Origin: Methanotrichaceae archaeon
GTDB taxonomy: Archaea; Halobacteriota; Methanosarcinia; Methanotrichales; Methanotrichaceae
Assembly: GCA_963748825.1 (NCBI GenBank)
Contig: CAVVKN010000006.1
Coordinates: 124,149-188,148 of the forward strand
DNA length: 64,000 nucleotides
Direction of reading: 5' to 3'
The notes under the pieces were generated by a model, which was not told the DNA's origin, searched no databases, and saw only the letters and a program-made list of their open reading frames with translations. Shown here piece after piece: positions 1-10,180 of this stretch. Both the position numbers and the translations under genes were made by a program. How positions within the stretch are numbered: the stretch's first letter is position 1; each line of letters begins with the position of its first letter.

Positions 1-234
1 TTTAAGAATCTCTGGGAGCAGATGCCTGAGCCCAAATGGTGCATAGCCATTGGCGAGTGCGCTATTTCGGGCGGACCTTTCTATGATTCCTATAATATCA
101 TCCAAAACACAGGCGATTACTTCCCCATTGATGTCTTCATACCGGGATGTCCACCCCGGCCCGAACAGTTCCTTGAGGGCCTCATCAATCTCCAGGAAAA
201 GATCAAGCAACGCAAGGACAAGCGAGACTACTAA
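1..234 (+). CDS. fpoB: F420H2:methanophenazine oxidoreductase (Fpo) subunit B, 5'-partial
   Basis: NuoB-family C-terminus: MPEPKWCIAIGECAISGG...DVFIPGCPPRPE; first gene of a complex-I-like operon. Confidence 0.93.
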   Translation, partial: FKNLWEQMPEPKWCIAIGECAISGGPFYDSYNIIQNTGDYFPIDVFIPGCPPRPEQFLEGLINLQEKIKQRKDKRDY

Positions 235-248
235 GGAGGGATCTTTTC

Positions 249-1961
249 TTGATAACAGCAAGCGAGGTCTTAAGTTCCATCCAGTCCGCATTTCCTGGAG
301 CCGTCCAAGACTCCAGGGTGGAATCGGACCGGAGGCTTTGGGCCACAATTGACTCTAATAAGATTTTGGATGTCTGCAAACACCTCAGTTCTAAGCATAG
401 CTTTGATCACTACTCTGGTTCTGCAGGTGTGGACTGGATAGCCAGAAAGGAGATGGAAGTGGTAGCGATCATGGCCAGCCACGGTGCACATCAGGTTGTG
501 GCCATGCTGAAAATAAAGACACCCCGCGAAAATCCTTCCGTCAAGTCCTTGACCGGGCTGTACTGGAATGCCAGCTGGTATGAGCGAGAGATCTGGGAGA
601 TGCTTGGCATCAATTTCGAGGGCCATCCCGAGCTTTATCCTTTACTCCTATCTGATGAGTTGATGGGGGCCTGGCCCTGGAGAAAGGATTACAAGGGCTA
701 TCCCGATCTTACCACGGGCGAAAGAGCGGTAGAAATCACCACTCCGGAGGGCTATACGGAATACCACATTCCTCCCACCCCTGCGGAGATCGAGGCGGGA
801 ACTGTGGTTGTAGAGCGGCCCAAGTACCCAACCTTCCGGGAGAGGGAGGAAATGGCAATCACCTCGGACTCCGAGATGATTATGCACCTGGGTCCTCAAC
901 ATGCCATGGTCCCCGGACCCTTCTTGCTGGATATACTGGTGGAAGGTGAAAGGGTAAAGAAGGCCTTCCTTGATCTAGGGTACATTCACAAAGGCATCGA
1001 AAAGATCATGGAGAACAGAACCTGGCTGCAGGGCATAACCTATACGGACAGAATGTGCTACGTGGCCTCACTCTCCAACAACGAGTGCTACTGTGGTGCC
1101 GTGGAGAAGATCCTGGGCCTGGAAGTTCCAGAGAGGGCGCAGTACATCCGAGTCATCCTAGAAGAGCTTTCCAGAATTCAAAGCCACCTCATAGGAACAG
1201 GCGAGTTCCTGACGCTCGTCGCAGGTGTCGGTTACGCACCATGGCAGTACATGATCATGGACAGAGAGAAGATCATCTCTCTGATTGAGAGCGTTACCGG
1301 GGCCAGGCTGACTCATACCTTCGTGCGCTTTGGAGGGGTTCGTAACGACCTTCCGGAAGGCTTCGCCGAGCAATGCCGAAAGGTTTTGCCCTACATGAAG
1401 TCCAGGACGGAGGAATTCATTGAGCTATTTGCCCAGGATCCAATTTACCATGCCAGGATGGAGAATATAGGTTGCATCTCACCTGAGACTGCCAAGCGCA
1501 TGGGATGCGCAGGGCGGGTGCTGAGGGCGGCGGGCGTGGCCTATGATATGCGAAAAGAAGACCCCATACTGGTCTATCCCGATCTTGACTTCAAGGTCAT
1601 AACTGGGACGAGAGGAGACTCTGCCGACAGAATCGACGTCACGCTGAGAGAGATATTGGAGAGCATTCACATCATCGAGCAATGTCTGGACAGAATTCCA
1701 TCCGGACCCATCAAGACCGAGGCAAAGATTCCCAAGAAGGTTCCGGCGGGCGAGGCCTACTACCGGGTTGAGGATCCCAGAGGCGAGATGGGAATGTATG
1801 TGATCAGTGATGGTGGAGACAAGCCCTATCGGGTAAAGGTCAGAGGGCCATTCTACGCTACCTTCCAGACTTTGACTCCGCTCTTAGAGGGTGTCTACAT
1901 TGCAGATGCAGTAGCCATTGCCGGTAGCATGGACGGCTGCCCATCTGAGTCGGACAGATAG
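249..1961 (+). CDS. fpoCD: Fpo subunit C/D fusion
   Basis: N-terminal NuoC motif (WYEREIWEMLGINFEGHP) fused to NuoD (GPQH, LGYIHKGIEK, EDPRGEMG, KPYRVKVRGP); TTG start after GGAGG. Confidence 0.92.
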   Translation: MITASEVLSSIQSAFPGAVQDSRVESDRRLWATIDSNKILDVCKHLSSKHSFDHYSGSAGVDWIARKEMEVVAIMASHGAHQVVAMLKIKTPRENPSVKSLTGLYWNASWYEREIWEMLGINFEGHPELYPLLLSDELMGAWPWRKDYKGYPDLTTGERAVEITTPEGYTEYHIPPTPAEIEAGTVVVERPKYPTFREREEMAITSDSEMIMHLGPQHAMVPGPFLLDILVEGERVKKAFLDLGYIHKGIEKIMENRTWLQGITYTDRMCYVASLSNNECYCGAVEKILGLEVPERAQYIRVILEELSRIQSHLIGTGEFLTLVAGVGYAPWQYMIMDREKIISLIESVTGARLTHTFVRFGGVRNDLPEGFAEQCRKVLPYMKSRTEEFIELFAQDPIYHARMENIGCISPETAKRMGCAGRVLRAAGVAYDMRKEDPILVYPDLDFKVITGTRGDSADRIDVTLREILESIHIIEQCLDRIPSGPIKTEAKIPKKVPAGEAYYRVEDPRGEMGMYVISDGGDKPYRVKVRGPFYATFQTLTPLLEGVYIADAVAIAGSMDGCPSESDR

Positions 1962-1973
1962 GAGGGAGAGGAT

Positions 1974-3026
1974 TTGGACGGAATAATAGAGATCATCACA
2001 AAATTCGCTGCCCAGGAGCCGGCAATATTCGCCCTGATCATCGGCATTATCGGTGCTGCGGTAATCTCTGGTGTGGTCAACGTTGGAGCCATGCTAGTGA
2101 TCTGGGGCGAGAGAAAGGTACTGAGTGATTTCTGCAATAGGTATGGTCCCAATCGTGTGGGCGGAAGATGGGGCATATTGCAGCTGGGTGCCGATGCTAT
2201 TAAGCTCTTCACCAAAGAGGATATCATCCCTGGTGATGCAGATAAGGCAGTCTATGTCTGGGCACCGATAGTGGCCTCCATGGCTACCATGCTCGTGGCA
2301 GCGGCCATTCCTTTTGGGGCACTACACATCGGCGGCAAGAATGTACCGCTGGTAGTGGCCAATATGGATATCAGTGCCTTCTATGTAGAGGCAGCCTTGA
2401 GCCTGATGGCCATAGCCGTTTTCATGGCAGGCTACAGCTCCAACAATAAGTACTCAATTCTGGGTGCCTTCCGAGGCATTGCCAGAATGATCGCTTACGA
2501 GGTTCCCATGGGTGTCTGCGTCATATCCGTAGCAGTCATGGCTCACAGCCTCAACCTGGTGGAGATCGTAGAGAGCCAAACGGTTTGGTACGCCTTCGCT
2601 CAGCCTCTGGGATTTGCCATTTTCGTTATAGCCCTGATCACAGATTTGGGAAGAATTCCCTTCGATCAGAGCGAGGCAGAAGAAGAGATCATATCCGGTT
2701 ACAATACCGAGTACAGCGGAATTCGCTGGGGTCTGCTCTACTTCCAGGAATACAATAACGCGCTCTTGGGATCCATACTGCTGACACTCTTATTCCTGGG
2801 TGGCTGGCATGGACCGATCATACCCATACCGATCCTGGACATAATCTCTCCTTTGATCTGGCTTTTCATGAAGGTAGTAATCGTACTGTGGTTCTTCATT
2901 TGGGTCAGAAGCTCGCTCTTCCGTCTGCGCATCGATCAGGTAACTGACTTCGGATGGAAGTGGATGCTGCCGCTCTCCCTGCTTAATTTGGGATGGGCAG
3001 TCCTAATCGGGTCTTACTTTGCATGA
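1974..3026 (+). CDS. fpoH: Fpo subunit H
   Basis: NuoH motifs ERKV, RYGPNRVG, ADAIKLFTKED, RIPFDQSEAEEE, GYNTEYSG. Confidence 0.95.
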   Translation: MDGIIEIITKFAAQEPAIFALIIGIIGAAVISGVVNVGAMLVIWGERKVLSDFCNRYGPNRVGGRWGILQLGADAIKLFTKEDIIPGDADKAVYVWAPIVASMATMLVAAAIPFGALHIGGKNVPLVVANMDISAFYVEAALSLMAIAVFMAGYSSNNKYSILGAFRGIARMIAYEVPMGVCVISVAVMAHSLNLVEIVESQTVWYAFAQPLGFAIFVIALITDLGRIPFDQSEAEEEIISGYNTEYSGIRWGLLYFQEYNNALLGSILLTLLFLGGWHGPIIPIPILDIISPLIWLFMKVVIVLWFFIWVRSSLFRLRIDQVTDFGWKWMLPLSLLNLGWAVLIGSYFA

Positions 3027-3038
3027 GGTGGCATTGAG

Positions 3039-3638
3039 ATGTTGAAGATAAAGTTATTAAAGAACTTCAGCTGGCCTTTGAAGATCGCCACGCAGGAAAT
3101 CGAGATTACAAGGCTCTATCCTGAAAAAATGATGGAGCTACCTGCCGCGGAGAGAGGCATTCACGAGCTGGATGCCACCATATGCATCGGTTGTGGGACC
3201 TGCGCCAGGGTCTGCCCCAATAGCTGCATTGAGATGGTCCATTACAAGTATGGAAGTCCTCTCAAGAACAAGAAGATGCAGTTTCCGCAAATTGACTTTG
3301 GAAGGTGTATGTTCTGCGGCCTATGCGTGGACGATTGCCCGGTGGAATGCTTGAAGATGGGCAAAAAGGTCATAATGGCCGGCTGGGAGCGCAAAGACAT
3401 TATAAAGGGCCCTGACTTCCTGGCGACAAAGAAGTTCTCTGCCAAAGAGGTTGCAGATCTCGAGGCTGAGGCCAAGAGGATTGCCGCTGAAAAGGCTGCA
3501 GCCAAGAAAGCAGCTGATGCCAAGAAGGCGGCTGATGCCAAAAAGCCGGCGAAAGAAGGAGATGCTGCTGCCAATGGTGCAGCCAAGAAGAAAGGAGCTG
3601 CAGCAGAGGCCAAGCCTAAGGAGGGAGGTGCTGCATGA
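3039..3638 (+). CDS. fpoI: Fpo subunit I (2x[4Fe-4S]) with Ala/Lys-rich tail
   Basis: CIGCGTCARVCP and CMFCGLCVDDCP; operon position. Confidence 0.93.
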   Translation: MLKIKLLKNFSWPLKIATQEIEITRLYPEKMMELPAAERGIHELDATICIGCGTCARVCPNSCIEMVHYKYGSPLKNKKMQFPQIDFGRCMFCGLCVDDCPVECLKMGKKVIMAGWERKDIIKGPDFLATKKFSAKEVADLEAEAKRIAAEKAAAKKAADAKKAADAKKPAKEGDAAANGAAKKKGAAAEAKPKEGGAA

Positions 3639-4066
3639 TGTCGGAAAAGTCGGGCACAAATGTCATTCGGACAATCTTCGAGCTATTGGTTTTGCTCTTA
3701 GCTCTGGGTGTGATCTTCGGTGGCCTGGCGTTGGTTGTTCTTCTGTCGCCCTGGTCGCAAACGGTCTTGGATAAGCTATTGGCCTACGACATACGATTTG
3801 CCATTGAGCTTGTGGCCTTCCTGACCATTGCTGCAATCATCGTGCTTTTATCGGCTCTTATGGTCTACGCCAAAAATATAGTTCACAGCGCTCTTTACCT
3901 GCTGGGAACCTTTGCCGGAGTGGCCGCTTTATACATATCACTGAATGCCCCCTTCGTGGGTGTGGCTCAGATCCTTGTTTATATTGGAGCCGTTGGAGTT
4001 CTGATACTCTTTGCCGTGATGCTCACGAGGAAGACGATTATGGAGGAGTCCCATGGTGAAATTTAA
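3635..4066 (+). CDS. fpoJ: Fpo subunit J, N-terminal part (J1)
   Basis: NuoJ motif QILVYIGAVGVLILFAVML. Confidence 0.88.
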   Translation: MMSEKSGTNVIRTIFELLVLLLALGVIFGGLALVVLLSPWSQTVLDKLLAYDIRFAIELVAFLTIAAIIVLLSALMVYAKNIVHSALYLLGTFAGVAALYISLNAPFVGVAQILVYIGAVGVLILFAVMLTRKTIMEESHGEI

Positions 4067-4316
4067 GATAATTATCATAACCCTGGCCTTCCTGGCTGCT
4101 CTCTTCGCCTCGTTCTCCCTTACCGATTGGGGGGCCAGCGAAAAACAGCCGCTCAGCTTTGAGCCACGGGAGGGATTGAGGTTGCCGGAGAGCGGCATTG
4201 GAGACGTGGGATTTGAGATCTTCACCTCTTACGTCTTTGCCTTTGAGATCCTGGCCCTGGTCTTGACGGCTGCCCTGGTCGGAGCGGTCTGGGTAGCACG
4301 AAAGGAGGTTGCCTGA
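4053..4316 (+). CDS. fpoJ: Fpo subunit J, C-terminal part (J2)
   Basis: [20 protein letters not shown] matches the NuoJ C-terminal helix. Confidence 0.85.
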   Translation: MVKFKIIIITLAFLAALFASFSLTDWGASEKQPLSFEPREGLRLPESGIGDVGFEIFTSYVFAFEILALVLTAALVGAVWVARKEVA

Positions 4317-4354
4317 GGAGGGCGACAACAGATGACAAGGAGGGAGATTTACCG

Positions 4355-4657
4355 ATGATACCGTTGGAGCTTTATATACTGCTGGCATCCACGATGTTCA
4401 CCATCGGCTTGTACGGACTCGTTACTCAAAAGAACGGTGTCAAGCTAATGATGTGCATCGAGCTCTTGCTCAATAGCGCCAACATCAATCTTGTCGCCTT
4501 CTCAGCGTACCAGCCTAATGTGAATGGCCAGGTCTTTGCCCTGTTCTCCATTGCGCTGGCAGCGGCTGAAGCAGGCGTTGGATTTGCCATATTGATTGCG
4601 CTGTACAGGCTATACGGAACTATTGACCTGGACAACATTAACGCCATGAGGTGGTAA
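4355..4657 (+). CDS. fpoK: Fpo subunit K
   Basis: [21 protein letters not shown] NuoK motifs. Confidence 0.95.
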   Translation: MIPLELYILLASTMFTIGLYGLVTQKNGVKLMMCIELLLNSANINLVAFSAYQPNVNGQVFALFSIALAAAEAGVGFAILIALYRLYGTIDLDNINAMRW

Positions 4658-4660
4658 GAA

Positions 4661-6706
4661 ATGTACGCTGATTATGCTTATCTGATAGTAGCACTTCCCG
4701 TACTGGCTTTCTTGCTATGCCTTTTCCTGGGCTGGCATCTGCCCAGAGGCGGAGGCTTTATCACCGTCCTGGCAACTTTTGGCGCGCTGATAGTATCTCT
4801 GGGAATATTCTCAGAGACCTATCCAAGTGAGATCATACATCAATCCATGCCCTGGTTTGCAGATTTCAATGTAGGCATATTGATAGATCCTCTAGCGCTA
4901 GTGATGCTGCTCATGGTATCCTTTGTGGTTACACTTATCCACATCTACGGCAATGGATACATGAATGGCGATCCAGGCGCAGCCAGATACTTCGCTGAGG
5001 CGGCATTATTTTCCGCTGCTATGCTAGGGCTGGTCTACGCCGATAACCTGCTTCAGCTCTTCATATTCTGGGAGCTGGTGGGACTGTGTTCATATCTCTT
5101 GATCGGCTTTTGGTACAGAAAGCCCTCGGCAGCTGCGGCTGCTAAGAAGGCTTTCCTGACCACGCGCATCGGCGACGTTCTTTTCCTGGCAGGCATAATT
5201 CTGCTTTACAATAACCTCGCCGACCTGCATCTCGTTCTCAAGCCCGGAGAGTACCTCTTGCAGTTCCCGGTGATCTATGCTCATATCGCTGAGATTCCCG
5301 GCACTCAACTCACTCTCATCGCCCTGGGACTATTGGGTGGCGCAGTGGGCAAATCAGGTCAGTTCCCCCTGCATGTTTGGCTTCCTGATGCCATGGAGGG
5401 TCCCACCACCGTCTCAGCCATGATCCATGCTGCGACCATGGTTACAGCAGGTGTCTATCTGGTGGCCAGAATGTTCCCTCTCTTCTACGCCGCTCCTTAT
5501 GGACTGACGGCAGTAGCAGCAGTAGGTGCGTTCACAGCTTTATTTGCAGCAACCATGGGCCTGACTTCCTTCGATATCAAGAGAGTTCTGGCCTTTTCAA
5601 CTGTCTCGCAGCTCGGCTTCATGATGGCCGGCCTGGGTGTAGGAGCAGCAGTAGGAGCCGTTGCCGTGGGAGTTTCCATGTTCCACCTCATCGGCCATTC
5701 CTTCTTCAAATCGCTGCTCTTCCTTTGCGCCGGATCTGTTATTCACGCCGTCAATACTAATGACTTGAGGGAGATGGGAGGCGTAGGAAAGTACATGAAA
5801 TGGACCATGTACACCATGCTCATAGGCTCACTATCCCTGGCAGGATTCCCCTTATTCACGGGATTCTTCTCCAAGGATGAGATCATAGTAATCGCCTATG
5901 AGTACGGCACCATGATCAACTTCCTGCCCTACATATTCCTGGTATTGGCCGCGGTTCTGACCGCTATCTATACCTTCAGAATGTGGTTCTCGGTCTTTAC
6001 CGGCAAGGAAAGGTCCGACTACGCTCATCACGAATCGCCCTGGGTTATGCTCGGGCCGCTGGTGATCTTAGCTGTATTTGCCTTTGGATTCGGCTGGGCG
6101 GCGCAAGATGACTTCTATAGTTACCTTGACTCCACCTTCGAAGATGTCGACTTTGTAGAACTCAGTGTAATCGGAGGCCATGCGATGCTTGAAGGAGAGC
6201 ACGGCGCTCCTGCCGCTGAGGGCGAGCACGGTGCCGTCGCTGCTGAAAGTGGGCATGGTGCTGCAGCTGAAGGAGAAGCCGGCGGAGAAGAAGCTCATGG
6301 TGAGCCCTGGTACATCCAGATACTGCCAATATTTGTTGCCATTGGCGGCATTCTCTTAGCTGGGCTCTTCTATTGGGACAAAATCAAGAAGTTTGACCCA
6401 AGCCAGGTTACTGGCGACAGGGATCCCATTCGCAAAATGTTGCTTAAGGGATACTACCAGCACGAAATCATGACCGGCTGGTTCGCTGAAACTGTAGTCT
6501 ACGGCACGGCTTTGATCTGCAATATGATCGACATCAAGCTCGTAGACGGCTGGCTCAACTGGCTCAGTGCCTGGGTTATGGGCTTTGCACAGCATGTGAG
6601 AAAGGTTCAGACCGGCATAATTCAAAACTATGTCACGGCGCTGGTGCTGGGAGTTGTGGTGCTGGTGGTTGTAATTACTCTGGCTAGGGAGGTGGGCCTG
6701 GTATGA
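4661..6706 (+). CDS. fpoL: Fpo subunit L
   Basis: KSGQFPLHVWLPDAMEGPTTVSAMIHAATMV; NuoL antiporter-like subunit. Confidence 0.96.
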   Translation: MYADYAYLIVALPVLAFLLCLFLGWHLPRGGGFITVLATFGALIVSLGIFSETYPSEIIHQSMPWFADFNVGILIDPLALVMLLMVSFVVTLIHIYGNGYMNGDPGAARYFAEAALFSAAMLGLVYADNLLQLFIFWELVGLCSYLLIGFWYRKPSAAAAAKKAFLTTRIGDVLFLAGIILLYNNLADLHLVLKPGEYLLQFPVIYAHIAEIPGTQLTLIALGLLGGAVGKSGQFPLHVWLPDAMEGPTTVSAMIHAATMVTAGVYLVARMFPLFYAAPYGLTAVAAVGAFTALFAATMGLTSFDIKRVLAFSTVSQLGFMMAGLGVGAAVGAVAVGVSMFHLIGHSFFKSLLFLCAGSVIHAVNTNDLREMGGVGKYMKWTMYTMLIGSLSLAGFPLFTGFFSKDEIIVIAYEYGTMINFLPYIFLVLAAVLTAIYTFRMWFSVFTGKERSDYAHHESPWVMLGPLVILAVFAFGFGWAAQDDFYSYLDSTFEDVDFVELSVIGGHAMLEGEHGAPAAEGEHGAVAAESGHGAAAEGEAGGEEAHGEPWYIQILPIFVAIGGILLAGLFYWDKIKKFDPSQVTGDRDPIRKMLLKGYYQHEIMTGWFAETVVYGTALICNMIDIKLVDGWLNWLSAWVMGFAQHVRKVQTGIIQNYVTALVLGVVVLVVVITLAREVGLV

Positions 6707-8205
6707 TATCAAACGTAGTCTCGCTATTGATTGCCATTCCCCTTCTAGGGGCGGTGGTATCCTTCTTTGCGGGAACCAAGGCTAAATTCGTGGCCCTAAT
6801 AGCCTCGCTTATACCTCTGGCCCTATCCCTGCAAATGTACATGGAGTTTGACAAAACTTCGAAAGTAATGCAGTTTGTGGAGAGCTACAACTGGGTTCCT
6901 TCCCTTGGCGTCAAGTATACTGTGGGCGTCGACGGCATAGGCTTTCCCTTAGTTCTGCTTTCTACGATCGTATCCGTACTGGTAATAATATACTCCTGGG
7001 GAGAGACAAAGAAGCCCAATCAGTACTTTGCCCTGCTTCTGCTCAATGAAGTGGGCGTGCTGGGAGTCTTTACATCGCTGGACTTCTTCCTGTTCTACAT
7101 CTTCTGGGAGATAGTGCTCATCCCCATGTTCTTCCTCATAGGATCGTGGGGCGGACCGAGAAAGGACTACGCTGCAGTCAAGTTCTTCATCTACACCCAC
7201 GTGGCAAGCCTGGTGATGCTGCTGGCCATCTTCGCCCTGTACTTCACTTATCAGATGCCCGACGGGTCGAGAACCTTCGATATGCTGACCTTGCTAGCAG
7301 CGACAGCGGACAAGACCATATTCCCAACCGGCATGCTCAATATTATCTTCGCCGGGCTTCTTCTGGGATTTCTGGTCAAGATGCCTGCCTTTCCCTTCCA
7401 TACCTGGCTGCCGGATGCTCACGTCGAAGCACCCACAGCCGGTTCGGTTGTTCTGGCAGCTCTGCTGCTTAAAATGGGCGGATACGGCCTTTTCAGGATT
7501 ATCCTGCCCATGCTCCCCCACGTCGACAAGGCATTCGTGACCATCATCGCCATCATTGCGGTGATATCCATAGTCTACGGAGCCTTCATGGCGCTGGCAC
7601 AAAAGGACATCAAGAAGCTAGTGGCATACTCATCCGTCAGCCACATGGGCTTTGTAACGCTCGGAGCTGTGGCCTTTACCTGGATGTCAGTTACGGGAGC
7701 CATGTTCCAGCAGTTCTCACACGGCATCATCACCTGCGTCCTGTTCATGTCCGCTGGTACAATCCAGCACGTGGTAGGGACCAGGGTCATTGCCGATCTC
7801 GGTGGGCTGGCTGATCGCATGCCCAAGTTCGCCGTCATCATGATGGCCGGATTCATGGCCTCTTTGGGACTGCCGGGCATGAGCGGCTTCGTGGCCGAGT
7901 TCATGGTTCTGACCGGATCGTTTGCAACGCTGCCAGTCTACACCATGATCGTAGTCTTCCTGAGCATTGTGACCACGGCCGCCTATCACCTCTGGGCCAT
8001 GCAAAAGGCGATGTTCGGACCGATATTGAAGAAGTATATGAATGTGCATGATCCGCATGCCTACGAGCTGTTCTCCATGGCCATGATCATAGTTCTCTCT
8101 TTGATCTTCGGCCTTCAGCCAGGGCTGATCACAGATATTATGGGAACAGCGGCAACTCAGGTCATGGAGCCTGTAATGACCCTTACTCAGATGGGGGTGA
8201 TCTGA
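6703..8205 (+). CDS. fpoM: Fpo subunit M
   Basis: FPFHTWLPDAHVEAPTAGS, AYSSVSHMG. Confidence 0.96.
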   Translation: MISNVVSLLIAIPLLGAVVSFFAGTKAKFVALIASLIPLALSLQMYMEFDKTSKVMQFVESYNWVPSLGVKYTVGVDGIGFPLVLLSTIVSVLVIIYSWGETKKPNQYFALLLLNEVGVLGVFTSLDFFLFYIFWEIVLIPMFFLIGSWGGPRKDYAAVKFFIYTHVASLVMLLAIFALYFTYQMPDGSRTFDMLTLLAATADKTIFPTGMLNIIFAGLLLGFLVKMPAFPFHTWLPDAHVEAPTAGSVVLAALLLKMGGYGLFRIILPMLPHVDKAFVTIIAIIAVISIVYGAFMALAQKDIKKLVAYSSVSHMGFVTLGAVAFTWMSVTGAMFQQFSHGIITCVLFMSAGTIQHVVGTRVIADLGGLADRMPKFAVIMMAGFMASLGLPGMSGFVAEFMVLTGSFATLPVYTMIVVFLSIVTTAAYHLWAMQKAMFGPILKKYMNVHDPHAYELFSMAMIIVLSLIFGLQPGLITDIMGTAATQVMEPVMTLTQMGVI

Positions 8206-8206
8206 A

Positions 8207-9703
8207 GTGGAGTTTTCACACTACGCACCCCTCTGGGGAGAAGCGCTACTCACAATCCTGGCAGTGCTGGTTGTACTGCTGGGATCCCTGATGAAGAATA
8301 GCGGCAAGCTCATGGGATACCTGAGTGCTGCTGGGCTGGTAGCAGCTCTGGGGCTGGTGGCCTCTAATTTAACCGCCAAACCCGCCCTGTTCTTCTTTGA
8401 TACCATATCAGTCGACGCCCTGTCTCAGTTCTTTAAGGTCGTCTTCCTGATAGTATCGCTACTGGTAGTGATAGCCTCCATGTCCAAGTACACGGGAAAG
8501 GGCGCAGACGAGTATTATGCACTGCTGCTCTTTGCCACTGTGGGCATGATGGTCGTCTCCAGCTCCGTTGATATCGTCACCCTGTTCGTGGGCTTCGAGC
8601 TGGCCAGCCTGTCCACCTATGCCCTGGCGGCCTTTGATAGAAGCCGGAAGAACCTGGAAGCTGCCATGAAGTACTTCATCTTCGGCTCTGTCGCTTCTGC
8701 GTTCATGCTCTTCGGCTTCTCGCTGCTCTATGGCATGGCAGGATCCACACATCTCGTAGACATCGCCGCAGCATCCCTGGCTAACTTCGGTCCGGCAACG
8801 CTGGTGGCTCTGCTCTTCGTCATAGTTGGATTTGGCTTCAAGATGGCACTGGTGCCTTTCCATATGTGGGCTCCCGATACCTACGAGGGCGCACCGCCCC
8901 TGGTCTCGGCCCTGCTCGCTGCGGGCTCTAAGAAGATGGGCTTTGTCGCCGCCTTCAGGGTAATTCTCATTGCCCTGGTGGCTCTGCGAATGGAATGGTA
9001 CATGGCCTTCGCCATCCTGGCAACCGTTACCATGACACTGGGTAACCTTGCGGCCTGCTGGCAAAACAATGTGCGGCGCATACTGGCTTACTCTTCCATC
9101 GCTCAGGCGGGCTACATCGCCATCGGCTTCGTAGTGGTAGGAGCGGCTTATGGAGCTGCACCAGTTAATGTGCTGAACCTGGGGCAGGTGCCAGCGGATC
9201 AGCTGGGTATTGCCGGCGCGCTGCTGCTCATCCTGGGACACGCTCTTATGAAGACGGGAGCTTTCATCGGCACAGCCCAGGTATCGAGCATGGTGTCCAA
9301 GGGAAGCGAAACCGACCCTGATGACATATCCAACTATGCAGGTCTGGCCAGAAGGGCGCCCATAACAGCGTTTTGCATGCTCATCTTCATGTTTGCGCTG
9401 GCAGGCATACCCCCAACGGCAGGATACATCGGCAAGTTCGTGCTCTTCAGCTCGGCCATTTACTCCGGCCTGGTCTGGCTGGCAGTAATTGCCATCCTCA
9501 ACAGCGCTCTGTCGCTGGTGTACTACCTGAGGATCATCAGCTACATGTACCTCAAGGAGCCAGCTGGCCCCAAGATCACTGAGCAGAAGGGATATGTGGT
9601 AGCGCTCGTCCTGACGCTCATAGGTGTGCTTTGGATCGGCGTCTTCCCAGAGGCATTCATCAACTGGGCAATGCAGGCAGCAGCAGTTCTGCTGCCTCAA
9701 TAA
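8207..9703 (+). CDS. fpoN: Fpo subunit N
   Basis: FKMALVPFHMWAPDTYEGAP, LAYSSIAQAG, LAGIPPTAG. Confidence 0.96.
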   Translation: MEFSHYAPLWGEALLTILAVLVVLLGSLMKNSGKLMGYLSAAGLVAALGLVASNLTAKPALFFFDTISVDALSQFFKVVFLIVSLLVVIASMSKYTGKGADEYYALLLFATVGMMVVSSSVDIVTLFVGFELASLSTYALAAFDRSRKNLEAAMKYFIFGSVASAFMLFGFSLLYGMAGSTHLVDIAAASLANFGPATLVALLFVIVGFGFKMALVPFHMWAPDTYEGAPPLVSALLAAGSKKMGFVAAFRVILIALVALRMEWYMAFAILATVTMTLGNLAACWQNNVRRILAYSSIAQAGYIAIGFVVVGAAYGAAPVNVLNLGQVPADQLGIAGALLLILGHALMKTGAFIGTAQVSSMVSKGSETDPDDISNYAGLARRAPITAFCMLIFMFALAGIPPTAGYIGKFVLFSSAIYSGLVWLAVIAILNSALSLVYYLRIISYMYLKEPAGPKITEQKGYVVALVLTLIGVLWIGVFPEAFINWAMQAAAVLLPQ

Positions 9704-9705
9704 AA

Positions 9706-9750
9706 TTTTTGCTCTTAACTTTTTTTTGGCTTTTTGGTTTTGCTATTTTC
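9706..9750 (+). terminator. Oligo-T archaeal terminator of the fpo operon
   Basis: Several T runs (including T9) immediately after the fpoN stop. Confidence 0.6.
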
Positions 9751-9790
9751 CGTCTCGATTTTTCCATTTGATTCAATTACTGCAGCTATT

Positions 9791-9918
9791 CTCGATGCTG
9801 ACGGCAATATCGTCCGATTGCCAGGCCAGGCACAGTCGCACGAAGCCGCCGCCCACACACGCGCGCGGGCGGGACCGCCGACGCGAACGGCCGTACATGA
9901 AAGCAGAAGCATGAGAAA
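9791..9918 (+). repeat. Diverged copy of GC-rich element family 1
   Basis: GCCGCCCAC...GCGCGGGC...AAAGCAGAAGCATGAGAA resembles the copies at 46.7, 48.2 and 49.3 kb (AAGGCAGCGCACGAGAA). Confidence 0.5.
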
Positions 9919-9973
9919 ATTATTTTAACCTTGAAGAACAAGTAAACATTAAATCTCCCGGCAGGCCCATCCC

Positions 9974-10180
9974 ATGAGCATAAAGATCATTGAATGCATT
10001 TATGAAGGAGGCATCCTCAGACCTCTTGTCAAGGTTGACCTGGAAGAGGGTAAAAAGGTCAGGCTCTTCCTGAGAGATGAACGGGAAGAGATACTCGACA
10101 AGTACGCCGGAATTGTCAAGCTTGGCAGGACGGTAAAGCTCAAAGAAATCCTGACGTTGGGGGAAGACCGCTGGCAGTAA
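9974..10180 (+). CDS. Antitoxin, AF2212/DUF104 family (VapB-like)
   Basis: IECIYEGGILRPLVKVDLEEGKKVRL signature; stop overlaps the PIN gene start. Confidence 0.85.
   Translation: MSIKIIECIYEGGILRPLVKVDLEEGKKVRLFLRDEREEILDKYAGIVKLGRTVKLKEILTLGEDRWQ

Noticed and set aside
249-1961. Possible [NiFe]-hydrogenase (Ech-type) large subunit
   Set aside because: Both CxxC nickel-binding motifs are incomplete (RMCYVAS; DGCPSESDR), and the operon has the full Fpo/Nuo H-N set.
8459-9700. 413-aa minus-strand ORF
   Set aside because: Antisense shadow of fpoN caused by codon bias; no recognisable motifs.
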